Source: Bacillota bacterium
Lineage (GTDB): Bacteria; Bacillota; Clostridia; Saccharofermentanales; DTU023
Direction: 5' to 3'
NCBI GenBank assembly: GCA_023426575.1
Contig: JAFAAL010000001.1
Span: 5,243 to 69,242, forward strand
Length of the DNA stretch: 64,000 nt
Part shown: in pieces, positions 1 through 9,098 of the stretch
Numbering within the stretch: position 1 is the stretch's first letter
Layout of the letters: each line of letters opens with the position of its first letter
Made by a program: the position numbers and the translations under genes
The notes under the pieces: model-generated
The model's database searches: none
Seen by the model: only the letters and a program-made list of their open reading frames with translations
Told to the model about the DNA's origin: nothing

Positions 1-195
1 GCCTCTCTCGACATGCCGATCTTAGAGACGCTCGGGGCCAGCGAGGCCAATGACTATATGCGCCAGCGGCAGAAGCAGAAAAATCTCAAAACGGCCAAAT
101 ATATCGGGGCAGCTCTCCTCGTCTTGCTCGCCTTTGGCCTCGTCCGCCAGAGACAGCGTCGGAGGCGTCGCTATCGCCGGCCGAAGCGTCTTTAA
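1..195 (+). CDS. 3' end of an ORF open to the window edge (or a 60-aa ORF from ATG 13): one hydrophobic helix followed by a poly-Arg tail
   Basis: There is no stop in this frame between nt 1 and the ATG at 13. The translation ends YIGAALLVLLAFGLVRQRQRRRRRYRRPKRL. No family recognised. Confidence 0.3.
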   Translation, partial: ASLDMPILETLGASEANDYMRQRQKQKNLKTAKYIGAALLVLLAFGLVRQRQRRRRRYRRPKRL

Positions 196-198
196 TTT

Positions 199-227
199 TT
201 TACTTCAATAGTCATATTTGCTATATT
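199..227 (+). promoter_or_regulatory. candidate sigma-70-type promoter of the rnf operon
   Basis: TTTACT (199-204), 17 nt, TATATT (222-227), with TG at the extended -10 position. It sits in an AT-rich gap. SD GTGAGGA precedes ATG 283. Confidence 0.4.
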
Positions 228-282
228 AGTGGATGCGTTGTGACGATTTTTCGTCAACTGCCTGAGAAAGTGAGGATGATGT

Positions 283-1626
283 ATGGATTTATTTTCTCGT
301 GCTGGAATTCATCCGCCCGAGTCCAAGCATACTGAACACGCAGAACTCAAAGTTCTCCGTAAATTTCCGCTCATTCGAATCCCCCTCCAACAGCAAATTG
401 GCCCTGGGACGACCGCCGCAGTGAAAAAGGGCGATGCCGTCACCGTCGGGCAAGTGATCGGTGAACCTATCGCTCCAATGTCTGTGCCGATCCACAGCTC
501 TGTCTCGGGAAGCGTTGAGCGCATCGTCAATGAGATTCAACATTCGGGACGCCCGATGTCCGTGATTGAGATCAAAAATGACTTCAAGGACACGATCTGC
601 CCAGATCTTGCCGTGCCAGAAGTGCACGATCGCGAGTCATTTTGTGCCGCGGTGAGGGCCTCTGGCCTCGTCGGCCTCGGTGGCGCTGGCTTCCCTACTC
701 ACTTTAAACTCAATCCCCCTCCCGATAAGAAGATCGACATGCTGCTGGTCAATGGTATGGAGTGTGAACCTTATATCACTTCAGACGACCTGCAGATGCG
801 CGAATATAAAGAGGAAATTGTCGAGGGGATACGTCTCGTTCTCCACCACCTCGGTATACCGCAGGCGATCATCGGGGTTGAACACAATACCCCCGTCGCC
901 AACGCGCGGCTGCGAGATTATATCAAGGAGCAGGGACTAAGCGGCCAGATCAAGCTGCTGAGTCAGCGGGCGCGCTATCCGCTCGGCGCTGAGAAGATGC
1001 TGATCTACCGCCTGACAGGGCGCATCGTCCCCGAGGGGGGACTGCCCCATGATGTCGGCTGTCTCGTCCTCAATGTCGGCACCTGCCGCATGATTCACCA
1101 ATATCTGACGACGGGGATGCCCCTCGTCAGTAAGATCATCACTTTAGATGGTGAGGCCGTCCGTCGCCCAGGCAATTATGAGGTGCCGATCGGCGCTCCC
1201 ATTCAGACGGTGGTCGACCTCTCTGGCGGCTTCCAGAAGAGTGCCGCAAAGATCATCATGGGCGGCCCGATGATGGGCGTCGCAGTCTCCGACCTCAACG
1301 ATCCAATTCTCAAAAACAATAACGCGATCCTGCTCTTCTCGGCAGAACAGGCGGCCATCCCTGAGGAGTCTGCCTGTATTCTCTGTGGCCGCTGCACGCG
1401 CTCATGTCCCATGGGACTCGTGCCGACGGCGCTCGACCAGGCAGCTCGCAAGGAGAACGCTGAGAAACTCCAGGACTTCTATGTCATGGACTGTATTGAG
1501 TGTGGCTGCTGCACCTATGTCTGCCCCGCTAAGCGCTTCTTAGTGCAAAACATTCGCGTGGGTAAGCAGATTCTGCGCGAGGCCAGAGCCCGCGAGGCCG
1601 AAGTGGCCAAACGAGAGGAGGCCTAG
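283..1626 (+). CDS. rnfC: Rnf electron-transport complex subunit C
   Basis: 447 aa. GLGGAGFPT motif and two ferredoxin-type clusters (CILCGRCTRSCP, CIECGCCTYVCP). First gene of an rnfCDGEAB-ordered operon. Confidence 0.9.
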   Translation: MDLFSRAGIHPPESKHTEHAELKVLRKFPLIRIPLQQQIGPGTTAAVKKGDAVTVGQVIGEPIAPMSVPIHSSVSGSVERIVNEIQHSGRPMSVIEIKNDFKDTICPDLAVPEVHDRESFCAAVRASGLVGLGGAGFPTHFKLNPPPDKKIDMLLVNGMECEPYITSDDLQMREYKEEIVEGIRLVLHHLGIPQAIIGVEHNTPVANARLRDYIKEQGLSGQIKLLSQRARYPLGAEKMLIYRLTGRIVPEGGLPHDVGCLVLNVGTCRMIHQYLTTGMPLVSKIITLDGEAVRRPGNYEVPIGAPIQTVVDLSGGFQKSAAKIIMGGPMMGVAVSDLNDPILKNNNAILLFSAEQAAIPEESACILCGRCTRSCPMGLVPTALDQAARKENAEKLQDFYVMDCIECGCCTYVCPAKRFLVQNIRVGKQILREARAREAEVAKREEA

Positions 1627-1628
1627 TT

Positions 1629-2597
1629 ATGCAGATGTTAAAAGTTTCCGCATCTCCCCATATTCGCGACAATTCCACGAGCACTAAGATCATGGGCGAT
1701 GTCCTGATCGCCCTTGCGCCTGCCCTCTTCTTTGCCTACTATGCCTTCGGCTGGCGCGCAGTCGTGCTGACGGCCGTGACCGTCTTGAGCTCTATCTTCT
1801 TTGAGTGGGGCGGCAATCTCCTGATGAAGCGACCGCAGACGATCGGCGATCTCTCGGCGGCTGTCACAGGACTCCTGCTCGCATTTAACTTCCCCGCCAA
1901 TTTTCCGCTCTGGATGGCCGTCCTCGGCAGCTTTGTCGCCATCATTGGCAGCAAGTTGATCTTTGGCGGTATGGGCCACAATATCACCAATCCAGCCCTG
2001 ACAGCCCGCGTCTTCCTCCTCGTCTGCTTCCCCCAGGAGATGACCGACTTTTCAATTTTAGGAAGACATCTCGGCCTAGAGAATGCCTATGACCTCGTCT
2101 CAACGGCGACACCTCTCGGCATGGCCCGTGAAGGTGTGCGCAATCTCCCAGATCTCAGCGAGCTCTTTATCGGGCTGAAGGCGGGCTCCATCGGGGAGGT
2201 CTCAATCATCGCCCTCCTCATCGGTGCCGCCTATCTCCTGATTAAGAAGGTCATCGATCCCTGGACCCCCATCGCCTTTATCGCCTCGACCCTCGTCATT
2301 GTGACCATCGCTGGGCAGAGTCCGCTCTATCACTTCTTGACCGGCGGTCTCATCCTCGGTGCCTTCTTTATGGCCACTGACTACGTCACCACGCCGTATT
2401 CGCCCAAGGGGAAATTCTTCTTTGGCCTCGGCTGTGGCATCATCACGGCCCTAATCCGCCTCTATGGCGCGACGCCTGAGGGGGTCTCCTACTCAATCCT
2501 CATCATGAATATTCTGACGCCGCACCTTAACAACTGGTGCAAGGAACGGCCGCTCAGCCACTATCACAATAAGCGAAAGGAGAAGGCCCATGCGTAA
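1629..2597 (+). CDS. rnfD: Rnf complex subunit D (NqrB/RnfD family membrane protein)
   Basis: 322-aa polytopic protein with FFMATDYVTTP-type motif. Starts 2 nt after the rnfC stop. Confidence 0.9.
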   Translation: MQMLKVSASPHIRDNSTSTKIMGDVLIALAPALFFAYYAFGWRAVVLTAVTVLSSIFFEWGGNLLMKRPQTIGDLSAAVTGLLLAFNFPANFPLWMAVLGSFVAIIGSKLIFGGMGHNITNPALTARVFLLVCFPQEMTDFSILGRHLGLENAYDLVSTATPLGMAREGVRNLPDLSELFIGLKAGSIGEVSIIALLIGAAYLLIKKVIDPWTPIAFIASTLVIVTIAGQSPLYHFLTGGLILGAFFMATDYVTTPYSPKGKFFFGLGCGIITALIRLYGATPEGVSYSILIMNILTPHLNNWCKERPLSHYHNKRKEKAHA

Positions 2598-3186
2598 GGA
2601 CAGCCATTGGAAAGAACGCGGGATCATCCCGGCTCTCATTCTTTTTCTCATCTGTATGTGCGCGACGGCCGCTCTTGCCTTCACCTATGAGCTGACGGCC
2701 GAGCGGCGTGCGCTCAATGAGACCGAGGGCCTCCTCCACATGAAACAGGCCATCTTCCCCGAGGCTGACAATTTTAAGCCCGTCAAGCTCCCCGCTGGCG
2801 CCGCTCAGGATCAGGTCAATTTCTGTGAGGCGGCCTATCAGGGCGAGACGCTCCTCGGCTATCTCATCCAATCGTCGATTAAGGGTTACGGCGGCCTCGT
2901 CCCCGTCCTCTCGGGCTTCAATCTCGAAGGGGAGATCGAGGCGATTTTAGTCGGCGACAATGAGGAGACGGCTGGTCTCGGCAAGCGTATTGAAGAAGAA
3001 GATTTCCGCCAGCAATTCGCTGGCCAGACGGCACAAAATTACTTTACCGTCGGGAAGACAAGTTCGACTGATCCTGCGATCAGCGATGTCAAAATTGACG
3101 CCATCTCCGGTGCAACTATCTCCTCAGATGCCGTCTGTCAGGCCGTCAACAATGCCGCAGAACTCTTCCGTCTGCTCCATGAATAG
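2590..3186 (+). CDS. rnfG: Rnf complex subunit G (FMN-binding)
   Basis: 198 aa with an N-terminal TM helix and the FMN_bind motif DAISGATISS. Overlaps rnfD by 8 nt. Confidence 0.85.
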   Translation: MRKDSHWKERGIIPALILFLICMCATAALAFTYELTAERRALNETEGLLHMKQAIFPEADNFKPVKLPAGAAQDQVNFCEAAYQGETLLGYLIQSSIKGYGGLVPVLSGFNLEGEIEAILVGDNEETAGLGKRIEEEDFRQQFAGQTAQNYFTVGKTSSTDPAISDVKIDAISGATISSDAVCQAVNNAAELFRLLHE

Positions 3187-3195
3187 GAGGTCACC

Positions 3196-3972
3196 GTGGC
3201 TAAGAAGACCAATTATAAAGCAATTCTGACTAAGGGATTCCTCAAGGAGAATCCCCTCTTGGCACTCCTTCTCGGCACCTGTCCCGCCCTGGCGGTCACC
3301 ACCTCGGCGATCAATGGTCTCGGCATGGGACTGGCCTCGACTTTTGTCCTGGTCTGTGCCAACTTCGTCATCTCGCTTCTACGTAAAATCATTCCTGAGA
3401 AGGTGCGCATCCCCGCCTATATCACGATCATCGCCTCCTTTGTCACCATCTTAAAATTCCTCCTGCAGGCCTATCTGCAGGACCTCGACAAGGCGCTCGG
3501 CATCTTCATTCCGCTGATTACCGTCAACTGTATCATCCTGGGCAGAGCGGAGGCTTTTGCCGGGAAGAATAAGCTCTTGCCCTCCGTCCTAGACGGGCTC
3601 GGCATGGGCCTCGGCTTCACGCTGGCGCTCTTTTCGATCGGTCTGATCCGTGAGGTCCTCGGCAATCTCTCTGTTTTCGGCTATGCCATCCCTGGCCTCG
3701 AGGCCCTGGGGCTGAAACCGCTGACCCTCTTCATCCTGCCGCCGGGTGGCTTCATCATCTTTGGCCTCATCATCGCGATCAGCCAGAAGCTGATGGATCG
3801 CGTCTATGCCGATGAACCATATACCGCGGCCAAGGCCCCGAGAATCCAGATGGATAAGGTTGAGTCGGGATACGCGGGACAGGATCTCCAGACCGAGGAG
3901 CGCAAGGAGCGCATTCGCGGGCCCGAGGCCATTTCGGGCGAAGCAGGGCACGCAGCGGCGGAGGCCCAGTAG
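3196..3972 (+). CDS. rnfE: Rnf complex subunit E, with a hydrophilic C-terminal tail
   Basis: 258 aa with NqrD/RnfE-like motifs LLLGTCPALAVT and PLITVNCIILGRAEAF. The last ~58 aa are hydrophilic and charged. Confidence 0.9.
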   Translation: MAKKTNYKAILTKGFLKENPLLALLLGTCPALAVTTSAINGLGMGLASTFVLVCANFVISLLRKIIPEKVRIPAYITIIASFVTILKFLLQAYLQDLDKALGIFIPLITVNCIILGRAEAFAGKNKLLPSVLDGLGMGLGFTLALFSIGLIREVLGNLSVFGYAIPGLEALGLKPLTLFILPPGGFIIFGLIIAISQKLMDRVYADEPYTAAKAPRIQMDKVESGYAGQDLQTEERKERIRGPEAISGEAGHAAAEAQ

Positions 3973-4032
3973 GCCAAGCCCAAGGCGAGAAGCCCTGAGG
4001 CAGAAGCTCATCTCGAAGATAAGGAGTAGCCT

Positions 4033-4623
4033 ATGAAAACATTATTGATGATTCTTTTTAGTGTCATTCTCGTCGATAACCTCGTCCTCTCGAAGTTTCT
4101 CGGCATCTGTTCTTTTCTCGGGCTGACGAAGAATCTGAAGAACTCGATGGGGATGTCACTGGCGGTCACCTTTGTCATGCTGGTGGCGACCGCGATTACC
4201 CACCCGATCTATCACCTCCTCTTGGCACCGCTGAAGCTGGCCTACCTCGACAACCTCGTCTTTATCCTGGTCATCGCGTCGACAGTCCAGGTCATCGAGG
4301 CGATCATGCACAAGACGCTGCCTACGCTCTACAATGCGCTCGGCATCTACCTGCCGCTGATCACGACGAACTGTGCCATCCTCGGCGTCATGTTCCTCAA
4401 CATCGACCAGGAGCTGAGCTTCATCCAAGCGATGATCAACGGCCTCGGCGCTGGGCTCGGCTTCATGCTCGCCATGTTCCTCTTTGCCGGGGTACGCCAG
4501 CGCCTCGAGGATGCCGAGCCGCCAGAGTTTCTCCGCGGTCTGCCCATCGCCCTGATTGCGGCGGGCATTGTCTCCTTGAGCTTTATGGGCTTCAAGGGCA
4601 TCGTCGAGAACCTGTTCGTCTAA
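4033..4623 (+). CDS. rnfA: Rnf complex subunit A
   Basis: 196 aa with NqrE/RnfA-like motifs (LGICSFLG, PLITTNCAILG). SD AAGGAG lies upstream. Confidence 0.9.
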   Translation: MKTLLMILFSVILVDNLVLSKFLGICSFLGLTKNLKNSMGMSLAVTFVMLVATAITHPIYHLLLAPLKLAYLDNLVFILVIASTVQVIEAIMHKTLPTLYNALGIYLPLITTNCAILGVMFLNIDQELSFIQAMINGLGAGLGFMLAMFLFAGVRQRLEDAEPPEFLRGLPIALIAAGIVSLSFMGFKGIVENLFV

Positions 4624-4642
4624 GAGAAGAGAGGGAGTTTCT

Positions 4643-5533
4643 ATGTACGTTCTACTGATGAGCAATCTCGTGACAGCCATTGGACTCGTGGGCGGCGTGG
4701 CCCTGATCCTCGGGCTCGTCATCGTCTTGATCTTTAAGCTCTTCCACACCCCCAAAGATGAGCGCGAGGCCGAGATCCTCGAGGTCCTGCCAGGCGTCAA
4801 CTGCGGCGGCTGTGGCTACTCAGGTTGTCCAGGCTATGCCAAGGCCCTCGCCGAAGGCTCAGACACGGATATCAGCAAGTGTGCGCCAGGCGGTCAGGAA
4901 GTCGTCACGGCCCTCGCTGAGAAACTGGGGCTGGAGGCGCAGGCCTTTGTCCCCAAGGTGGCTCAGGTCCTCTGTCAGGGCTCTTGCTTCCACGAGCGTC
5001 AGCGCTATGAATATACCGGCTCTGACTCCTGCGCCTCTGCCGCAGGTCTCTTCGCAGGTCCAGGCGCCTGCATGTTCTCCTGTATCGGTCTCGGGGACTG
5101 CAAGCGCGCCTGCGATTACCAGGCGATTGAGATCATTGATGATCTCGCCCGCATCGATCCTGAGCGCTGCATCGCCTGTGGTGCTTGTGTCCGCGTCTGT
5201 CCCAAGGAGATCATCCAGATGATGCCGAAATACACGGACCTCTTCCTCGTCCGCTGCAGCAATCCCCTGCCCGGCAAGGATGTCAAGGACAAGTGCGATA
5301 TCGGCTGTATCGGCTGTCGTGCCTGTGTGCGCAAGTGCCCCTTCGGCGCGATCGACATGGTCGAGAATCGGGCAGTCATCAATCAGGAGCTCTGCCGCCA
5401 CTGCGGCATCTGCCAGAAGACCTGTCCGACTCAGGCGATCACCAAGGGGCTGATCAATCCCGAGGACGAGGAGCGCATCGCCAGAGCGGCACGCATTTCA
5501 GCCGCGTTGAATGAGGCGAAAAAGCGCGCCTAG
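4643..5533 (+). CDS. rnfB: Rnf complex subunit B (polyferredoxin)
   Basis: 296 aa with an N-terminal TM helix, a CGGCGYSGC cluster motif and several CxxCxxCxxxCP ferredoxin motifs. Confidence 0.85.
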   Translation: MYVLLMSNLVTAIGLVGGVALILGLVIVLIFKLFHTPKDEREAEILEVLPGVNCGGCGYSGCPGYAKALAEGSDTDISKCAPGGQEVVTALAEKLGLEAQAFVPKVAQVLCQGSCFHERQRYEYTGSDSCASAAGLFAGPGACMFSCIGLGDCKRACDYQAIEIIDDLARIDPERCIACGACVRVCPKEIIQMMPKYTDLFLVRCSNPLPGKDVKDKCDIGCIGCRACVRKCPFGAIDMVENRAVINQELCRHCGICQKTCPTQAITKGLINPEDEERIARAARISAALNEAKKRA

Positions 5534-5573
5534 AGGGTAGAAATTCAGGCGGGCTGAGTTCTCGAATTCGGCC

Positions 5574-5603
5574 TTGCCAAGCAGGCTTCTGATATGATAT
5601 CAT
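5574..5603 (+). promoter_or_regulatory. candidate promoter of rpmB
   Basis: TTGCCA (5574-5579), 18 nt, TATCAT (5598-5603), preceded by TGa (extended -10). SD GGAGGTGGAG precedes ATG 5664. Confidence 0.35.
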
Positions 5604-5663
5604 CTTGTCTGCACTCTGGACTCAGCTGTTCAGTTATGTAAATTCTAGGCAGGAGGTGGAGAA

Positions 5664-5864
5664 ATGGCCAAATGTGATATTTGTGAAAAGGATATGTTCT
5701 TTGGACGTAAGATTTCAATCACGCGTTCACAGATTTCGCGCCGTGCAAAGGTCAAGCAACGTCCGAATGTGCGGAAAGTGCGGATCGTGACCGAGAATGG
5801 AACTCCGTGCACAGCACATGTATGCACTCGCTGCCTCCGTTCTGGTAAAGTTCAGCGTGCATAA
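5664..5864 (+). CDS. rpmB: 50S ribosomal protein L28
   Basis: 66 aa. MAKCDICEKDMFFGRKISITRSQISRRAKVKQRPNVRKVRI... is a typical L28 sequence with Cys pairs CDIC...CTRC. Confidence 0.9.
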   Translation: MAKCDICEKDMFFGRKISITRSQISRRAKVKQRPNVRKVRIVTENGTPCTAHVCTRCLRSGKVQRA

Positions 5865-5876
5865 TCCGAGAAATTG

Positions 5877-5905
5877 AAAGGACCGTCTCGAGACGGTCCT
5901 TTTTC
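5877..5905. terminator. bidirectional rho-independent terminator between rpmB and lplA
   Basis: AAAGGACCGTCTCGAGACGGTCCTTTTT: a perfect 10-bp GC-rich stem flanked by an A-run and a T-run, lying between convergent genes. Confidence 0.75.
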
Positions 5906-5925
5906 TATGCCTAAAATTCGCTTGA

Positions 5926-6939
5926 TTAGATCGCAGGGAAGAGAACGCTGAGCAAGTCGTCAAGACTGATCTGGCCAAAGACTTCTGTCAAGGGGAAGTC
6001 TTGAAGCCTCGTGCGAATGGCCTCCTCGTGATAGAGCGTCCCCTCGAGGAGAGACTCTACTTCGTGGACATCGCGGATGCCGAAGAAGTCACCATAGATC
6101 TTGAGATTGACGAGATGCGGGCCATCTTCCCTCTCTTCGAGATCAAAGGAGAATTCCACAGCTCCTGAGGGGAAGCGTTTTTTCAGGTAATTGGCAGCTC
6201 CCGTGTCACGACCCCAGTTCCAGCTGGCACGCGAGAAGCGCTCCTGGTAGATCTTATCGACCCCTGCGAGTTCTTCTTCACTCAGCTTGTATTCCACGGG
6301 CTCCTCACCTCTGAGGGCAAAGATCTGCTTCAAGAGCTCCTCCTTAAATTCGAGGACATCGATGTCCCGCGTCAGATGCGGCTTGATATTGGTCACGCGA
6401 CTGCGGACGGACTGAACCCCCTTTTGCGCCAGTTTCGACGGGTCGGGATTCAGGGCCTGACTGAGCTCCGAAAGCGCGACGTCATAGAGGATGCAGCCAT
6501 TGGAGAGGACGCGATTTTGCCAGATCGACTGGGAGGTGCCGATGCACTTTTGCCCGTCGATCGTAACGTCGTTTCGACCCGAAAGCTCCGCCTCGACACC
6601 GATGGCGGCGAGCGCATTGACGATTGGCTGATAATAGCTCTTGAAATCTATGCCCACTCTCCCCTGCACCCGGGTGATAAAGGAGAAATTCAAATTATTG
6701 AGATCGTGATAGACGGCGCCCCCGCCAGTGATGCGGCGGAGGAGCTTCAAGTCGTGAGTCGCAAAATACTCTCGATTGATCTCGCGACTGGCATTTTGAT
6801 TCTTGCCGATGATGACGGAGGGGCCATTGATCCAGAGATAGACATAATCCTCTTCTTCGAGGGGTAGATACTTAAAACAATACTCTTCAAAAGCGAGATT
6901 GTACTCGGGATCGTTGCTGTAGCTCTCTAAGTATTTCAT
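5926..6939 (-). CDS. lplA: lipoate-protein ligase A
   Basis: 337 aa. NLAFEEYCF..., RRITGGGAVYHDLNNLNFSF and related motifs are typical of LplA. Confidence 0.85.
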   Translation of the reverse strand: MKYLESYSNDPEYNLAFEEYCFKYLPLEEEDYVYLWINGPSVIIGKNQNASREINREYFATHDLKLLRRITGGGAVYHDLNNLNFSFITRVQGRVGIDFKSYYQPIVNALAAIGVEAELSGRNDVTIDGQKCIGTSQSIWQNRVLSNGCILYDVALSELSQALNPDPSKLAQKGVQSVRSRVTNIKPHLTRDIDVLEFKEELLKQIFALRGEEPVEYKLSEEELAGVDKIYQERFSRASWNWGRDTGAANYLKKRFPSGAVEFSFDLEEREDGPHLVNLKIYGDFFGIRDVHEVESLLEGTLYHEEAIRTRLQDFPLTEVFGQISLDDLLSVLFPAI

Positions 6940-6944
6940 GACGC

Positions 6945-7592
6945 CTATTTGGTGCCGAAGAGGCGATCACCAGCATCACCGAGACCTGGGACGATATAGG
7001 CGTGCTCATTGAGCTCTTCATCGAGCGCCGCACAGTAAATCTTGACATCTGGGTGGGCGGCGACGACCTTCTCGAGGCCTGGACGAGCTGCGATAATACA
7101 AAGGAGAGTGATCTGTTCGATGCCGCGCTCCTTAAGGAATTCTAGGCCAGCAAGGATTGAACCTCCCGTAGCCAGCATGGGGTCGAGGAGCAGGACGTGG
7201 CGATCGACAATGTCCTGGGGAAACTTGCAGTAGTACTCCACCGCCTTCAGTGTCTCGGGATCGCGATAGAGCCCAATATGGCCGACACGCGCCGAGGGCA
7301 CCATGTTCATCACGCCCTCCACCATGCCGAGTCCCGCTCTGAGAATTGGAATCAGGGCGAGCTTCTTGCCCGCCAGCACCTTACCGCGGCAAGCACAGAT
7401 CGGTGTCTCAATCTCGATCTCCTCGAGCGGCAGATCGCGACAGGCTTCGTAGGTCATCAGCATGGCAATCTCGGAGATGAGCTCGCGAAACTCCTTGGTA
7501 CTGGTCTCTTTCATCCTCAGATGGGTCACCTTGTGCTGGATCAGGGGATGGTCAAAAATGGTCACTTGGGGCATGTCTTCGACGCGATTCAT
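6945..7592 (-). CDS. upp: uracil phosphoribosyltransferase
   Basis: 215 aa with [14 protein letters not shown], a PRPP-binding stretch [12 protein letters not shown], and C-terminal [17 protein letters not shown]. Confidence 0.9.
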   Translation of the reverse strand: MNRVEDMPQVTIFDHPLIQHKVTHLRMKETSTKEFRELISEIAMLMTYEACRDLPLEEIEIETPICACRGKVLAGKKLALIPILRAGLGMVEGVMNMVPSARVGHIGLYRDPETLKAVEYYCKFPQDIVDRHVLLLDPMLATGGSILAGLEFLKERGIEQITLLCIIAARPGLEKVVAAHPDVKIYCAALDEELNEHAYIVPGLGDAGDRLFGTK

Positions 7593-7642
7593 GTGCCGCC
7601 TCCTCAGTTTTTTCTTATTCTAACACCTCTGGCCAGAGGGGA

Positions 7643-8719
7643 CTACTTCCCCTCCTCTGCCGTGTCCTGTAATTCGGGGAGCCGAATGGCAAAGGCCATC
7701 TTCTTCTGCGTCTCCTCATCACTGTTGAGATCCCAGAGACCGAGCGTACTGGAATTCCTCTGATTCATCAGAACAATCTGATCCTCCATGACGCAGGCGA
7801 GGTCATAGAGCGTCTCGCCATCCGTCGGATCACGCAGAAAAATCAGATCCCCTGGCTCAAGTACGGAGAGATCGACGAGACCCGTCTCGGGATCATGTCT
7901 CAGCTCAATGCGCTCACCGCGCTGACTGAGCTCCGAGAGCCGGCGGGGGAGCTCAATCCCGTTGAGACGCGCGGCAATCCTCACCGCCCCGATGAGGTCT
8001 GTGCCCTCGACCGTCATCTGACCAGGGAGGCGCGGCGCTCCATGAAAAGCCATGAGCGAGGACAAAAAGCGACTTTTCGCCTCATCCTTTGGAATGTCAA
8101 AGTCGGCCTGCGCTTCCGCAATCAGGAGGTCTGCCGTCGATACCCAGGCAAATTGTCCATCGACGAGTTTTACTCGGAGAAGATCTGGCGAACGATAGTC
8201 AGCATAGAGCACGGTGCCCATTGGTACGATGGCCAAGAGTTCACCCCGCCTCGCGTGAGAGAAAAGACGCTTCTCACGGCCCTGGACGATGGCCTTGTAA
8301 TAGGCGAGATTGGGTTCGACAACGGAAGTGTCAGAGCTGAGGTCGAGCGAGGCAACATAGCCTATGACGCCGTCCTCTGTCTGAATCTTCCAATATTTTC
8401 CAGGGCTCTTGTCGAGGATATGGACGAGCTCATCAAAGATCAGGGAGCTCAGGCGCTCTTCGCGATGATCTGGCTGACTGTATATCGCCGTCTGTGGGGC
8501 TATGACCACAGCATCGTTTTCCGTATAGATCCGTTCCCCCTTGAGTTCTTGAGGTCCCGTCTCCCCGCGCTCAAGTCGGAAAAGTCGCGGCGAGAAGAGA
8601 ACCAGAGCCAAGCAGAGGACAAAGACGAAAATCGCCACCAGATATGCTGGGATGGTCTGCTTCTCATTGAGGGTGATTTCTTTATTCAATAGTGATCTCA
8701 GATGCTTCTTAATCTTCAT
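7643..8719 (-). CDS. membrane-anchored SH3-like protein with an apparently catalytically degenerate NlpC/P60-like C-terminal domain
   Basis: Likely start is MKIKKH (ATG 8719); the track ORF extends to 8761. One TM helix. SH3-like segments (KYWKIQTEDGVIGYV; LLRVKLVDGQFAWV). The C-terminal part aligns to the NlpC/P60 pattern (GxP...G.D[C]SG...LPR...PGDLIF) but reads GTDLIG, with no Cys and no downstream His. Confidence 0.55.
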   Translation of the reverse strand: MKIKKHLRSLLNKEITLNEKQTIPAYLVAIFVFVLCLALVLFSPRLFRLERGETGPQELKGERIYTENDAVVIAPQTAIYSQPDHREERLSSLIFDELVHILDKSPGKYWKIQTEDGVIGYVASLDLSSDTSVVEPNLAYYKAIVQGREKRLFSHARRGELLAIVPMGTVLYADYRSPDLLRVKLVDGQFAWVSTADLLIAEAQADFDIPKDEAKSRFLSSLMAFHGAPRLPGQMTVEGTDLIGAVRIAARLNGIELPRRLSELSQRGERIELRHDPETGLVDLSVLEPGDLIFLRDPTDGETLYDLACVMEDQIVLMNQRNSSTLGLWDLNSDEETQKKMAFAIRLPELQDTAEEGK

Positions 8720-9098
8720 CTTGTCCCCACAGCAAAACGGTGGCGAGTGCAAAGCGATCATGGCTCAAGCTGACAGAGCTCGCCTGCCAGCGGCCCGCTA
8801 GAAAATGCGCCTCTGCCTGCCCCCTTAAGACGAGTTCCGGTTGCCCGCTCGCTCTCTTGATGATTTCGATCTCGTGCCAGCGAATTCCAGAGCGCCAGAG
8901 ACCTGTTCCTAACGCCTTGGCACAGGCCTCCTTGGCGGCAAAGCGGACAGCCCAATAGGCGGGGTCGCCAGCCCTATCGCCCGCGAGTCCTCGCTCATGC
9001 GGCGTGAAGAGACGCGCTAATAAGCGGTCTCCACCCCGCTCGAGGCTGCGCTCAAAACGAGCAATATCCACAATATCGCAGCCGATCGCCTGCCTCAT
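8709..9098 (-). CDS. acpS: holo-[acyl-carrier-protein] synthase
   Basis: 129 aa. IGCDIVDIARFE... FAAKEACAKALGTG are typical AcpS motifs. ATGA overlap with the upstream gene. Confidence 0.85.
   Translation of the reverse strand: MRQAIGCDIVDIARFERSLERGGDRLLARLFTPHERGLAGDRAGDPAYWAVRFAAKEACAKALGTGLWRSGIRWHEIEIIKRASGQPELVLRGQAEAHFLAGRWQASSVSLSHDRFALATVLLWGQDED

Noticed and set aside
13-195. LETLG in the first ORF considered as an LPxTG sortase signal
   Set aside because: The motif is not LPxTG, and it lies about 25 residues before the hydrophobic segment rather than immediately before it.
7597-7642. Palindrome CCTCTGGCCAGAGG between the SH3 gene and upp, considered as a terminator
   Set aside because: It has no loop, and the T-run lies on the wrong side for either strand. 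On the transcribed minus strand it is followed by an A-rich rather than a U-rich tract.
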